DNA of 63,892 nt, the filler included, from Octopus bimaculoides (lineage: Eukaryota): the NCBI RefSeq assembly GCF_001194135.2. It is 8 parts of 7 records of this genome, joined end to end, with 100 filler letters (N's around TTAATTAATTAA, not from the genome) between each part and the next. Parts side by side here need not be neighbours in the genome. Positions count along the whole stretch, not along the records: positions 46,741 to 59,256 come from NC_069003.1; positions 59,357 to 62,785 come from NC_068988.1; positions 62,886 to 63,892 come from NC_068989.1; 5 more parts are not named here. One strand, given 5' to 3'. This document shows positions 53,560 to 63,892 of the stretch, in pieces. Position 1 is the stretch's first letter; each line of letters opens with the position of its first letter. The notes beneath the pieces are model-generated. The model made no database searches and was not told the DNA's origin. It saw only the letters and a list, made by a program, of their open reading frames with translations. The position numbers were made by a program, and so were the translations under genes.

Positions 53560-53990
53560 AATGATGATGCTGATATGGATGACGATGAGAATGAGGATGG
53601 CTATCCACCCGTAACCGAGGAAGACCATCGCTGCTCAGGCAAAATGCCAGCAATGCTCGTGCATGAGCTTATTGCCACAGAAGTCTACTTCACCCAGGTT
53701 TGCGTCCGTGGCACCCTCTTACTTGACCGTGCACAACCAAAAATTTTAGGTTTAATAAAGCTTGCACAGAACCTCACAAGCCAGTGCAAGATATCCAGTG
53801 CCAATATGGGTCGCGGGCTCAGGAATGTGGGAATGCCATAATCTCAAGCGCAAGCAAAAGATCCCCAAAATGTTCAATGCCATTTCCTGCAGTGTAGGTT
53901 CAACGACTATTTAGCAATTGCATGAACCCTCAGAAATTCCAGCTAGGTGTCTGCGGAGTTGGAAGAACATTGTGAGTGAGACACCTCTTA
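53560..53990 (-). mobile_element. Probable 3' end of a second RTE-like LINE
   Basis: The minus strand ends ggtcttcctcggttacgggtggatagcc plus degenerate (CAT)n, resembling the RTE 3' stem-loop and trinucleotide tail. The 5' boundary is uncertain. Confidence 0.5.
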
Positions 53991-54074
53991 GCTTTAGTTA
54001 AATCAGGTCACTCTGGTACAGACACATAGTGTCTGTACCAGAGTGTCTGGTGACAGACACATGGACAGACACAT

Positions 54075-54118
<44 letters not shown>

Positions 54119-54119
54119 T

Positions 54120-54184
<65 letters not shown>

Positions 54185-55745
54185 GGCAACCAGATAGCCA
54201 GCCCTATGAATCATAGGACTCGAGACATGCAGTAAAACATATTTCCAGCCATGTGGTTGGAAAGCAAGCTTCTTTATTTCATTGAAATTGGCCATAAGAC
54301 CTTACATAGAAGGAAAGAAAAAGAAAAGAAAGAAGCTTCGGGCTGGACAAAGACATAATGGTATGTGTAATGAAGGTGATAATAATGAATAAATAGGGGG
54401 AAACAGCAATGCCCACCGATTGCTGATCCCCGAAAACAGTATTTTTTATGAGGCAACAAGCCTCTTACAAATGTTCATATCGTTCTTGGTATATATCACT
54501 GAGGCTTTTTCGCCTTTCATGTATAACCCGCCTCATCCCTGTGACCGATTTTCGCTAACGCCCACGCTCTCTCTAGGCACACCTTGAGTGGCGTGTCGGC
54601 GTCGCCCGGCACCAAGTAACACATTTCTCTGATGTCAAGTNNNNNNNNNNNNNNNNNNNNNNNNNNNNNNNNNNNNNNNNNNNNNNNNNNNNNNNNNNNN
54701 NNNNNNNNNNNNNNNNNNNNNNNNNNNNNNNNNNNNNNNNNNNNNNNNNNNNNNNNNNNNNNNNNNNNNNNNNNNNNNNNNNNNNNNNNNNNNNNNNNNN
54801 NNNNNNNNNNNNNNNNNNNNNNNNNNNNNNNNNNNNNNNNNNNNNNNNNNNNNNNNNNNNNNNNNNNNNNNNNNNNNNNNNNNNNNNNNNNNNNNNNNNN
54901 NNNNNNNNNNNNNNNNNNNNNNNNNNNNNNNNNNNNNNNNNNNNNNNNNNNNNNNNNNNNNNNNNNNNNNNNNNNNNNNNNNNNNNNNNNNNNNNNNNNN
55001 NNNNNNNNNNNNNNNNNNNNNNNNNNNNNNNNNNNNNNNNNNNNNNNNNNNNNNNNNNNNNNNNNNNNNNNNNNNNNNNNNNNNNNNNNNNNNNNNNNNN
55101 NNNNNNNNNNNNNNNNNNNNNNNNNNNNNNNNNNNNNNNNNNNNNNNNNNNNNNNNNNNNNNNNNNNNNNNNNNNNNNNNNNNNNNNNNNNNNNNNNNNN
55201 NNNNNNNNNNNNNNNNNNNNNNNNNNNNNNNNNNNNNNNNNNNNNNNNNNNNNNNNNNNNNNNNNNNNNNNNNNNNNNNNNNNNNNNNNNNNNNNNNNNN
55301 NNNNNNNNNNNNNNNNNNNNNNNNNNNNNNNNNNNNNNNNNNNNNNNNNNNNNNNNNNNNNNNNNNNNNNNNNNNNNNNNNNNNNNNNNNNNNNNNNNNN
55401 NNNNNNNNNNNNNNNNNNNNNNNNNNNNNNNNNNNNNNNNNNNNNNNNNNNNNNNNNNNNNNNNNNNNNNNNNNNNNNNNNNNNNNNNNNNNNNNNNNNN
55501 NNNNNNNNNNNNAAATTTTTAAACATGAAAAAAATATTAGTCTTTTGTATTTTTTTTTAAATTGCCTTTGGTGAAAAAAAATTGTTCCGTTTTGTGTGGG
55601 TCTAGAATACAGGAGACTGCTCGGACAATCTTTTGCATCTTCGATAATATAAAAAAAAAGAGCATAAACAAACAAAATCCTAGTCTGGTGGTGGATGGAG
55701 AGATGGCGAATAAAAGAAAAAAATTCTTTCCATTTTAAAATAATA

Positions 55746-56196
55746 CCGTAAATCCTCGAGTATAGTCCGCCCTTGACTATAATACGCAGGGGATATTTAG
55801 GGGGCTGTACCTCTGAAAAACCTAAACCTTGTGTATAATACGCACCCTTTCTCTAACTTTAGTCAATGAGGTCTATATAACGTCCTTGGTTTATAAACAT
55901 ATATACGGTAACGTCCTTTGTATATAAAACATAATGCAAACGTGTAGCTTTTTGTGCACTTTGCAGAAAATAAAGAAATAACAGTAATAACGTCAGTGAA
56001 AAATAAATATAGCTTAAGGTATTTTCGCGCCCGACATCACAAAATGTGTCTGAATAAACATTGCCGGACAGCAAATAGAGACTCGGACATTGCTTAGAAA
56101 ATATTTTTCATTTTTAACCTCATATATAGTACGCACTAGGGATTTTGACCTTTAAATTTTGGGAAACAAATGCGGATTATATTCGAGGATTTACGG
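55746..56196. mobile_element. pogo/Tc1-superfamily MITE
   Basis: 25-bp TIRs ccgtaaatcctcgagtatagtccgc / gcggattatattcgaggatttacgg (2 mismatches), TA on both flanks, no ORF. Confidence 0.9.
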
Positions 56197-56287
56197 TAAT
56201 TCTTTCTACTAAAGAAACAAAACCTGAAATTGTGAGGGAAGATTATATCGATCCCATTCATCAGCTTGAACATATTTTAAATTAACA

Positions 56288-56332
<45 letters not shown>

Positions 56333-56341
56333 TAATAATAA

Positions 56342-56460
56342 TTCAGTAGTCTTATTTTCATCATGTGCTTTCACTGCACTACCGAGCGCAGCTCTGTGTT
56401 CCTTGGGTACGTGTTGTGGTTTGTTGTGGTGTTGTTATTTTCACTGAATTGAAAGTGTGT
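56342..56460 (-). mobile_element. R4/Dong-like family 1, short diverged 3' end
   Basis: Matches 41349-41470 and is flanked by (ATT)n and (TTG)n. Confidence 0.8.
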
Positions 56461-56660
56461 TGTTGTTGTTGTTGTTGTTGTTGCTCCGGTTGATTCTTTA
56501 AGAGCAGACAGCAACCTGTTATCAGTGGTCTCAAAGGGCCTCTTTCCGCAAATTATAAAACTTTGGTACTTGGATATTAACTATCGTGAAAGACACTCAA
56601 CACCCAAGTACCAATCACAAAACCTAGCCGTCCCCAATAGATCAGTATTATTATTATTTA

Positions 56661-56870
56661 GGCGGCGATCTAGCAGAATCGTTAGCACGCCGGACAAAAT
56701 GCTTAGCGGCATTTCGTCCGTCTTTACGTTCTTAGTTCAAATGCCGCCGGGGTCGGTTTTGTCCTTCATCCTTTCGGGATCAATAAAATAAATACCAGTT
56801 GAGCACTGGGGTCGATGACTAGTCCCCTCCCCAAAAATTTCAGGTTTTGTGCCTATAGTAGAAAGGATTA
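56661..56870 (+). mobile_element. SINE family A
   Basis: Consensus match with an (ATT)n tail. Confidence 0.85.
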
Positions 56871-56920
56871 TTATTATTATTATTATTATTATCATTATTT
56901 TCTACTCCAGGTACAAGAAG

Positions 56921-58535
56921 TGAAAGAGCGTGCGAATCGGGGTACGGCACGACGGTTAGGTGGTAGGTAATGACAGATACGATAGACACATTTGCCACCT
57001 CCTCCCTCCCTTTCAGAGTTATGGACGCCACCCTGACCGTAACCTCGTCCAATTCTTCTCTATCTGGAGGTCTGGATCAAACCAGACTCCAAGCATTTTC
57101 ACCGAGCCGTTTGTCCAGAGTCCGACGACGCTGTTGGACAGTATCGACTTGCCTCTCCAGGTGCCAAGCTGCAAATCGACCGACTTATACCGGTTAATTC
57201 TTGCTCCTGCCATCGCTTCGTAATCTTTTAGGGCCTCGCCTAGGTCCTGGTCCCTGGATACGATGATAGTGACATCGTCCACATACGCTGTGACTGGCTT
57301 CCCATACCCTAAATCATGCGGGTCTCCACTCGTCACCTCCAATCTTCGCAGTAGCGGCTCGAGAGCCAATACATACAGTAGAGGCGAGAGTGGACAACCT
57401 TGACGAACCGAACGTTCGATATTGAACGGCTCCGAAAAGAAACCGTTCACTCGAACTACCGACTTGATGTTGCTATANNNNNNNNNNNNNNNNNNNNNNN
57501 NNNNNNNNNNNNNNNNNNNNNNNNNNNNNNNNNNNNNNNNNNNNNNNNNNNNNNNNNNNNNNNNNNNNNNNNNNNNNNNNNNNNNNNNNNNNNNNNNNNN
57601 NNNNNNNNNNNNNNNNNNNNNNNNNNNNNNNNNNNNNNNNNNNNNNNNNNNNNNNNNNNNNNNNNNNNNNNNNNNNNNNNNNNNNNNNNNNNNNNNNNNN
57701 NNNNNNNNNNNNNNNNNNNNNNNNNNNNNNNNNNNNNNNNNNNNNNNNNNNNNNNNNNNNNNNNNNNNNNNNNNNNNNNNNNNNNNNNNNNNNNNNNNNN
57801 NNNNNNNNNNNNNNNNNNNNNNNNNNNNNNNNNNNNNNNNNNNNNNNNNNNNNNNNNNNNNNNNNNNNNNNNNNNNNNNNNNNNNNNNNNNNNNNNNNNN
57901 NNNNNNNNNNNNNNNNNNNNNNNNNNNNNNNNNNNNNNNNNNNNNNNNNNNNNNNNNNNNNNNNNNNNNNNNNNNNNNNNNNNNNNNNNNNNNNNNNNNN
58001 NNNNNNNNNNNNNNNNNNNNNNNNNNNNNNNNNNNNNNNNNNNNNNNNNNNNNNNNNNNNNNNNNNNNNNNNNNNNNNNNNNNNNNNNNNNNNNNNNNNN
58101 NNNNNNNNNNNNNNNNNNNNNNNNNNNNNNNNNNNNNNNNNNNNNNNNNNNNNNNNNNNNNNNNNNNNNNNNNNNNNNNNGGAGTTGATACCCTCTTGGC
58201 CTATCGCACATATCTTCGCTCTGACTCTGCAGCCCTCGTGTTTGGCTTCAAGGTGATGGATGAGTGCCATTCTCGCGGTCAACACTCGAGAAGCAGAGCC
58301 ATATCTCATTGCCTCCTCTAATGCGTTCACTAAGTCCCTCTCTACACTATTTCTATTCTTAGCTAACTCTCTACTAAATGTAATCGACTCTTTTTTATGG
58401 CTCTTTTGAAGGCATACCACCATTTGTTATTAATAATGGTCCCTGTCAATGTCCCCCTCACTAACTTTCTAATCTGACTCCAGTAGGCTTCACAGATCAG
58501 TAAGCGACTTATTTAGCTTCCAGTAGCCGGATCCT
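56921..58535 (-). mobile_element. Tx1/L1-clade LINE ORF2 fragment (EN end, linker, RT)
   Basis: GSGYWKLNKSL (58500-58534); linker ..LEAKHEGCRVRAK; RT SVRQGCPLSPLLYVLALEPLLRRL..AYVDDVTIIVS..GARINRYKS..LGVWF; then LKGREEVANV..ITYHLTVVP. Confidence 0.92.
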
Positions 58536-58838
58536 TAACCCAAACCCTAAAACCCCAACCCTAACGCTAAAACCCCAACCCTAACCCTAAAACCCAACTC
58601 TAACCCTAAAACCCCAACCCTACCTCTAAAACCCTAACCCTAATCCTAAAACCCTAACCCTAACCCTAACCCTAACTTTAAAATCCTAACCTAACCCTAA
58701 AACCTTAACCCTAACTCTAAAACCCTATCCTTAACCCTAAAACCCGAACCCTAACCATAACCCTAAAACCCCAAACCTAACTCTAAAACCCTATCCCTAA
58801 CTCTAATACCCTAACCCTAAAACCCTAAAGCTAAAACC
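58536..58838. repeat. Degenerate telomere-like (CCCTAA)n tract
   Basis: Mix of CCCTAA, CCCTAAAA and CCCCAA, with four perfect CCCTAA at 58652-58675. A ~20-bp higher-order unit is visible in the left part. Confidence 0.9.
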
Positions 58839-59141
58839 AGTACAAACGAACGAACGATGTCATAAATAACAGTGACAAGCGAAATATACACCGCCGATAC
58901 TCGTTGTTGACAAACAACGGCAGTAATTTTATTCAGCTGAATACATGTCATTGATTGGTTGAAATAACCGAAATACGACAACTTTAACACGAAATAACTT
59001 TGAAAATATAAACTTTTCTCAACAACACTAAGAGTAAAAGATGTTTTATATGACACATTCTACCAGTGTCCGAAGTTTGAAAGTGTTTAGTCAAAAGGTT
59101 AATTTCTCGATGTGCCATTCAAAGGGAAAAGATCCTATATA

Positions 59142-59200
<59 letters not shown>

Positions 59201-59300
59201 AAATGATATAAGAGCATATGCATGTATACATACATATATGTACATACCTACATCTANNNNNNNNNNNNNNNNNNNNNNNNNNNNNNNNNNNNNNNNNNNN

Positions 59301-59312
59301 TTAATTAATTAA
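59301..59312. other. Artificial scaffold linker
   Basis: 44N-TTAATTAATTAA-44N. Confidence 0.95.
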
Positions 59313-59371
59313 NNNNNNNNNNNNNNNNNNNNNNNNNNNNNNNNNNNNNNNNNNNNGACCCAAATATTCTT

Positions 59372-59582
59372 TTCTATTTCAGGCACAAGACCCGAAATTT
59401 TGGAGGAGGGGGCCAATCGATTAGATTGACCACAGTACGCAACTGGTACTTAATTTTTCGCCCCGAAAGGATGAAAGGCAAAGTCGACCTCAGCGGAATT
59501 TGAACCCAGAACGTAAAGGCAGACGAAATACCGCTGAGCGGTTCGCCCTGCGTGCTAACGATTCTGTCAGTTCGCCGCCTTG
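59372..59582 (-). mobile_element. SINE family A
   Basis: Consensus match. Confidence 0.85.
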
Positions 59583-59699
59583 TAATAAAAATGAAATGAA
59601 AGACACAAATGAAGAGAAGGGCGACCGTAAGAAGAACATCAACAATAAAATGATGGAGACAATTAAGACGGAACTAAAAATGATAGACAACGGCACCAT

Positions 59700-61060
59700 G
59701 ATTGCAATACTGGGACCGTCTGAACCACCATCGTTGCTAACGCCACCACCACCGCCAACAACAACAACATCAACAGCATCACCATCACCATCGTCATCAA
59801 TATCATCAACGTCGTCGTCATCATGATTACCACCACCAACACAATCATCATCATCATCATCACAACCATCACCACCACCATCATCATTATCGTCACCATC
59901 CCACCACCACCACCACCACCACCACCACCACCACCACTACCAGCACCACCACCACCACCACTACCAGCACCACTATCCTCATGACCGCTACTGCAAAGCA
60001 GTGCAACGATAACAACAACAACAAAGCCAACGGCCACANNNNNNNNNNACCACCACTACCAGCACCACTATCCTCATGACCGCTACTGCAAAGCAGTGCA
60101 ACGATAACAACAACAACAAAGCCAACGGCCACAGCAGTGGAAGGAAGAGGAGGTGGTAGCGGTAGGAGTAACAGGTGTAATGACAATGAGGGCGTCAGCA
60201 GCTATGGTGACGATGATGATGGTGATGGTGATTGTAGTGATGGCGTTTGTGGTGACGATGGTGGTGATGATGACGATGATGATGGTGATGGTGATTGTGA
60301 TGATGGTGATGATGACAGTGGTGGTATTGATGATGATGCTGATGGCGGCGGCAGCGGTGAATTTCGTTAGTAGTGGTGGCGGGAGTACTGGTACCCGTAC
60401 GGGTGTTCGTAACCGTGGTAGCGTTGTCGAGAGTGCTAGCAGTGGTGGTGGTGGTGGCGTGGGTGGTGATCGTCGTCGTCGTCGTCATCGACGTCGTGGA
60501 GGTGCAGCTCGAAGTGACGGAGGCGACAGGAGCAGCAGGAGCGACAGCAGTGGTGGTAGTGGTGGTGGTGGTAGTCGAAGTGGTGGTCGTGGTCGTCGTG
60601 ATCGTGGCACTGCTGCTAGAAGCGGCGGAGATACTTNNNNNNNNNNNNNNNNNNNNNNNNNNNNNNNNNNNNNNNNNNNNNNNNNNNNNNNNNNNNNNNN
60701 NNNNNNNNNNNNNNNNNNNNNNNNNNNNNNNNNNNNNNNNNNNNNNNNNNNNNNNNNNNNNNNNNNNNNNNNNNNNNNNNNNNNNNNNNNNNNNNNNNNN
60801 NNNNNNNNNNNNNNNNNNNNNNNNNNNNNNNNNNNNNNNNNNNNNNNNNNNNNNNNNNNNNNNNNNNNNNNNNNNNNNNNNNTTTTATAAGTAGCAGCGG
60901 TCGTAAGATTGCAAATGGCGATGGTGGAAGGGAGAGGGAGCTAATGGAAGCCATAAGTGCTAAGATGGCGACGGCAGAGGAGGAGGAGGAAGAGGAGAAG
61001 GCGGGGGCGGGGAGATGGTGATGATGATGGTGGTGGCGGCTGCTGACAGTCATGCCTGCA
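59700..61060. repeat. Low-complexity trinucleotide mosaic (CAC/CAT-rich, then GGT/GAT-rich)
   Basis: Direct reading. The strand bias switches at ~60135. Confidence 0.85.
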
Positions 61061-61169
61061 ATGTTTATCAACACTGTCACTGTTTGCTACTAAACACGAG
61101 AAGTACTCGCCCGGCATTGGTGCATTCATATTATCGGACCTGATTGCAGCTATTAGCCCGGCCACCGGC

Positions 61170-61763
61170 GGATTAATAGTCTCAGAACCGAAGTTACCCG
61201 GTACTGATGGATAAACGTTATCGTCAGATTACATTAATGGATTAAAGCCAACGGCCGAGTACTGACCTATTAATCTTATCATAACAGTATGCAGATGGAT
61301 TAAAGGTGCTGGAACGTATATTGGTGGATTAATAGGGTTTAGACTGTATGCTGGCGGTTGAAGATATTTAACCGGATACCAGAGGATTAACGGATTCGGA
61401 TCCAAGCTTTGGAAGTTAAAAAGTATGAAACCAGGTGCTTACGGATTAATCAGGGCAGAACCAGGTACGTGCAAATTAATGGTATCAGATTAAAATTATC
61501 AGATTAATACTATCAGATTAAGAATAAAATTATGTGATTAATACTATGAGATTAAAATTATCGCGGATATTGGCGGATTAATCATAATAGAATTAATTAA
61601 TAGCTGATTAACGTAAGTTATGGCAACCGTATATTAGAGGATTAAAACTATTGGTCCGGAGGTGACGGATTAAAGGTAATGAAACGTGTAAAAGGTCGGT
61701 TAATGATATCAGAAATGAGATCGAGCGGATTTATGGAAGCGGGATCTTGTTTTAGGGGATTAA
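61170..61763 (+). repeat. Decayed ~29-30 bp tandem array with retained GGATTAA cores
   Basis: GGATTA at 61170, 61239, 61297, 61326, 61384, 61443, 61575, 61639, 61667 and 61757, plus AGATTA/TGATTA variants. Several spacings are 28-29 or 58-59 bp. Confidence 0.8.
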
Positions 61764-61859
61764 GGGCCGTCAGACGGATGATAATGCGTGCAAGTTTTTG
61801 CCCTTCAAACAGACATCGTTGAATAATTTAAATAGCAAAATAAATTTGATATCTTTAAA

Positions 61860-62095
61860 CTTTTACTTGTTTCAGTCGTTAGGCTGCGGCCATGCTGGGG
61901 CACCGCGGGGAGGAAATTTTAGTTCAATGTTTCAACCTGAGTACTTATAAGTTTTTTCAATTTTAATTTTTTTTTTTTTACGCTGGTAATTTTTCTCTCA
62001 GTCTCTTTTGCCGAACTGCTATGCTACGGTGTTGGGGACGTAAACGCATCAACACCGGTTTTCAAACCGTGGTAGGAACAAAGACACAATCACAT
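61860..62095 (-). mobile_element. Family C SINE 3' part
   Basis: cttgtttcagtcgttaggctgcggccatgctggggcaccgc is the reverse complement of the 4890-5260 tail. Confidence 0.7.
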
Positions 62096-62124
62096 ACGCA
62101 CGCACATGAGTGTGTATAAACACA

Positions 62125-62340
62125 CTCAGAACGTTAAAGACAGACGAAATACCGCTAAGCATTTCGCCCGGCGTGCTAACGATTCTGCCTGCTCGCCAAC
62201 CTCCTCTACTATAATTTATCGATCCCGAAAAGAAGATGAAGGGCATCGGCGGAATTTGAACCCATAACCTAAAGACAGACAAAACGCCGGTAAGCATTTT
62301 GCCCGGCACGCTAACGGTTCCGCCAGCTTGTTGCCCTCTT
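62125..62340 (-). mobile_element. Two family A SINE fragments
   Basis: Two heads (..gcgtgctaacgattctgcc.. and ..gcacgctaacggttccgccagc). Confidence 0.8.
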
Positions 62341-62436
62341 CTACTACAAAAATAATAACACCACTACAATACTATCACCTATACACTAAGACTACACTAA
62401 CACTAACCGTCATAAACGTAACAAGGACACCGTAAG

Positions 62437-62481
<45 letters not shown>

Positions 62482-62499
62482 GTTATTATTATTATTATT

Positions 62500-62785
62500 G
62501 AGTGAGAGACAAGTGTATGCCATCAAAGTGACACTGGGGTAATATATACGAAGCCCAGCATACCCATCATGACTACCCGTCTGATAAGGGTTCACCAGGC
62601 ACATGCATCACAACCATATGTGCGCGACATGGTGATCTCATATCAAGATAAACAGCGCATGACCTTGCAGGTGGGGCCCAGTTAGAATTTTCTTCAGGTC
62701 GAGTAGCCCATCCCGTTCAAAAGGTCTCTGAATAAGGTTTGTTTAAGGATGTTGAGCAAAACACCCATGTTTCCAAAGGTGAATT
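62500..62785 (-). mobile_element. Possible retroelement 3' end with an (AAT)n tail
   Basis: Unique GC-richer block bounded by (ATT)n at 62435-62499 and cut by a linker gap. No second copy in the window. Confidence 0.35.
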
Positions 62786-62829
62786 NNNNNNNNNNNNNNN
62801 NNNNNNNNNNNNNNNNNNNNNNNNNNNNN

Positions 62830-62841
62830 TTAATTAATTAA
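62830..62841. other. Artificial scaffold linker
   Basis: 44N-TTAATTAATTAA-44N. Confidence 0.95.
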
Positions 62842-62972
62842 NNNNNNNNNNNNNNNNNNNNNNNNNNNNNNNNNNNNNNNNNNNNCATGTAATATAGGTA
62901 TACACACACGTACAGACTCACACACCAATGCACACACACGAACGTATGTCTGCGTGTGCACGTTCACATGTT

Positions 62973-63892
62973 TGGATCTAATTTTAAGACAACTCCCTTA
63001 TTGTCTTCTGCCTTCAAACCCCATGCCTAGCTACCAAAGACTGTGTCCTCCACTATCCATGACCTCATTTATCCTCCCGTCTCCCTCCCACCGCACCCAA
63101 CCTCATTGTCCGCACACCTCGCACCCCACCATTTACTTCCTTCCCCTAAATCCACAAACCCAACAACCCTGGTCACCCCAGCGTCTCCGCCTGAAACTGC
63201 CCCATGGAACTGATCTCTAAATACCTTGACCTTGTCCATGCCCCCTAGTGGCTTCCCTACCCTCACACATCCATGACACTAACCATGTTCTTCGTCTTTT
63301 CTATTCTTTCTCCTCCCCTCCTGACCCCTTTAAACTTCTCTTCCCTTTGATATCAAGAGTCTGTATACGGTGATCCCACACCGCGAAGGACTTCTTGCTC
63401 TCAAACACTTCCCAGACCTTCGGCCCAAACAAAAACATGACACGTCCACTCTTCTTCGTCTGGCCGAAGCTGTTCTCTCCCTCAACTGCTTCTCGTTCGC
63501 GGGGGAGCTTTACAAACAGCCTCTGGAGTGGCCATGGGAGCGAGAATAGGCCCCAACTATACGAAGCTGTTCGTTGGCTACGTCGAGACCCAAATATGTT
63601 CAAGATTCACTGGTCCCACTCCCGAACTATACGGTCGTTATATTGATGTCTGTATCGGTGCAACCTCGCTCTACTACGAACAACTAGACACATTCCTCAC
63701 CTTTATTCTGCCCTCGAATTCTTCTGCACCATTTCCAACACTTCCCTCGCCTTTCTCGACATTTCAGTCAACATACACAAATTTGCTCTCACTACCTCCA
63801 TCCACTACAAACACACCGACTCACACTCATACCTTAAATTCTCTTCCTTCCACCCTACCCACACCATCTTTTGTTTTTCTGTAATTTTCAAC
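62973..63892 (+). mobile_element. Penelope-like element RT, degraded, runs off the window end
   Basis: With frameshifts: TIYFLP*IHKPNNPG..CPMELISKYLD; DIKSLYTVIPH (63349); LLRLAEAVLSLNCF; GVAMG..GPNY..LFVGYVE; GRYIDV; AFLDISV..YKHTDSHSYL..SFHP. Confidence 0.92.

Noticed and set aside
53507-53841. Plus-strand ORF with an apparent acceptor (tttgcag) and donor (CAG/gtttgc), acidic DDDENEDG peptide
   Set aside because: The acidic stretch is the antisense of a (CAT)n-like tail next to an RTE-type 3' motif, and the acceptor borrows an (ATT)n repeat. No recognisable domain. RNA-seq junction reads would overturn this.
58530-59136. gatcct direct repeat at 58530-58535 and 59131-59136 as a possible TSD of the telomere-like block
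   Set aside because: Only 6 bp, the left copy belongs to the LINE coding sequence, and it cannot be separated from chance without more copies.
59954-60133. Exact 85-bp direct repeat (59954-60038 and 60049-60133)
   Set aside because: The copies sit either side of a 10-N gap, which is typical of an unmerged contig overlap rather than a real duplication.
60153-60890. 245-aa M/V-rich then RGG-rich ORF
   Set aside because: Composed of ATG/GTG/GGT repeats that are inherently stop-poor, and a third of it is N gap. Not called as CDS.
61170-61763. Repeat-spacer appearance reminiscent of CRISPR
   Set aside because: The core is only ~7 bp, spacers are mutually related and irregular, there are no cas genes and the context is eukaryotic.

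Overview
AT-rich, microsatellite-dense eukaryotic DNA from a gapped draft assembly, most likely a coleoid cephalopod (Octopus-like). That assignment is inferred from the SINE families, SSR density and a C2H2 zinc-finger exon. The only host coding sequence I can support is a C2H2 zinc-finger exon at 20189-21415 (+), whose reading frame runs open back into an N gap. Everything else recognisable is transposon debris: Tc1/mariner remnants, a pogo-type MITE, RTE LINEs, Tx1/L1-clade LINE pieces, R4/Dong-like and HERO-like RLE LINE ends, a Penelope-like RT and many tRNA-head SINEs. Seven TTAATTAATTAA words centred in 100-base N gaps are assembly linkers, so adjacency across them is uncertain. The best lead is a pair of diverged Tx1-type elements that appear to encode ORF1 only (RRM-like + CCHC knuckle). 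They lie in a head-to-tail cluster and share their 3' tail, plus a CGTT flank, with a SINE elsewhere in the window, which suggests a non-autonomous ORF1-only/SINE/LINE partner system. Other leads are (AAT)n-targeted R4/Dong chains, a decayed ~29-30 bp array that keeps GGATTAA (K50 homeodomain-like) cores, a telomere-like tract fused to a Tx1 ORF2, an RTE with three C-terminal C2H2 fingers, a 20-bp minisatellite with phased TGACTCA sites and a pre-miRNA-sized hairpin. All alignments and translations were done by eye and no database searches were run.
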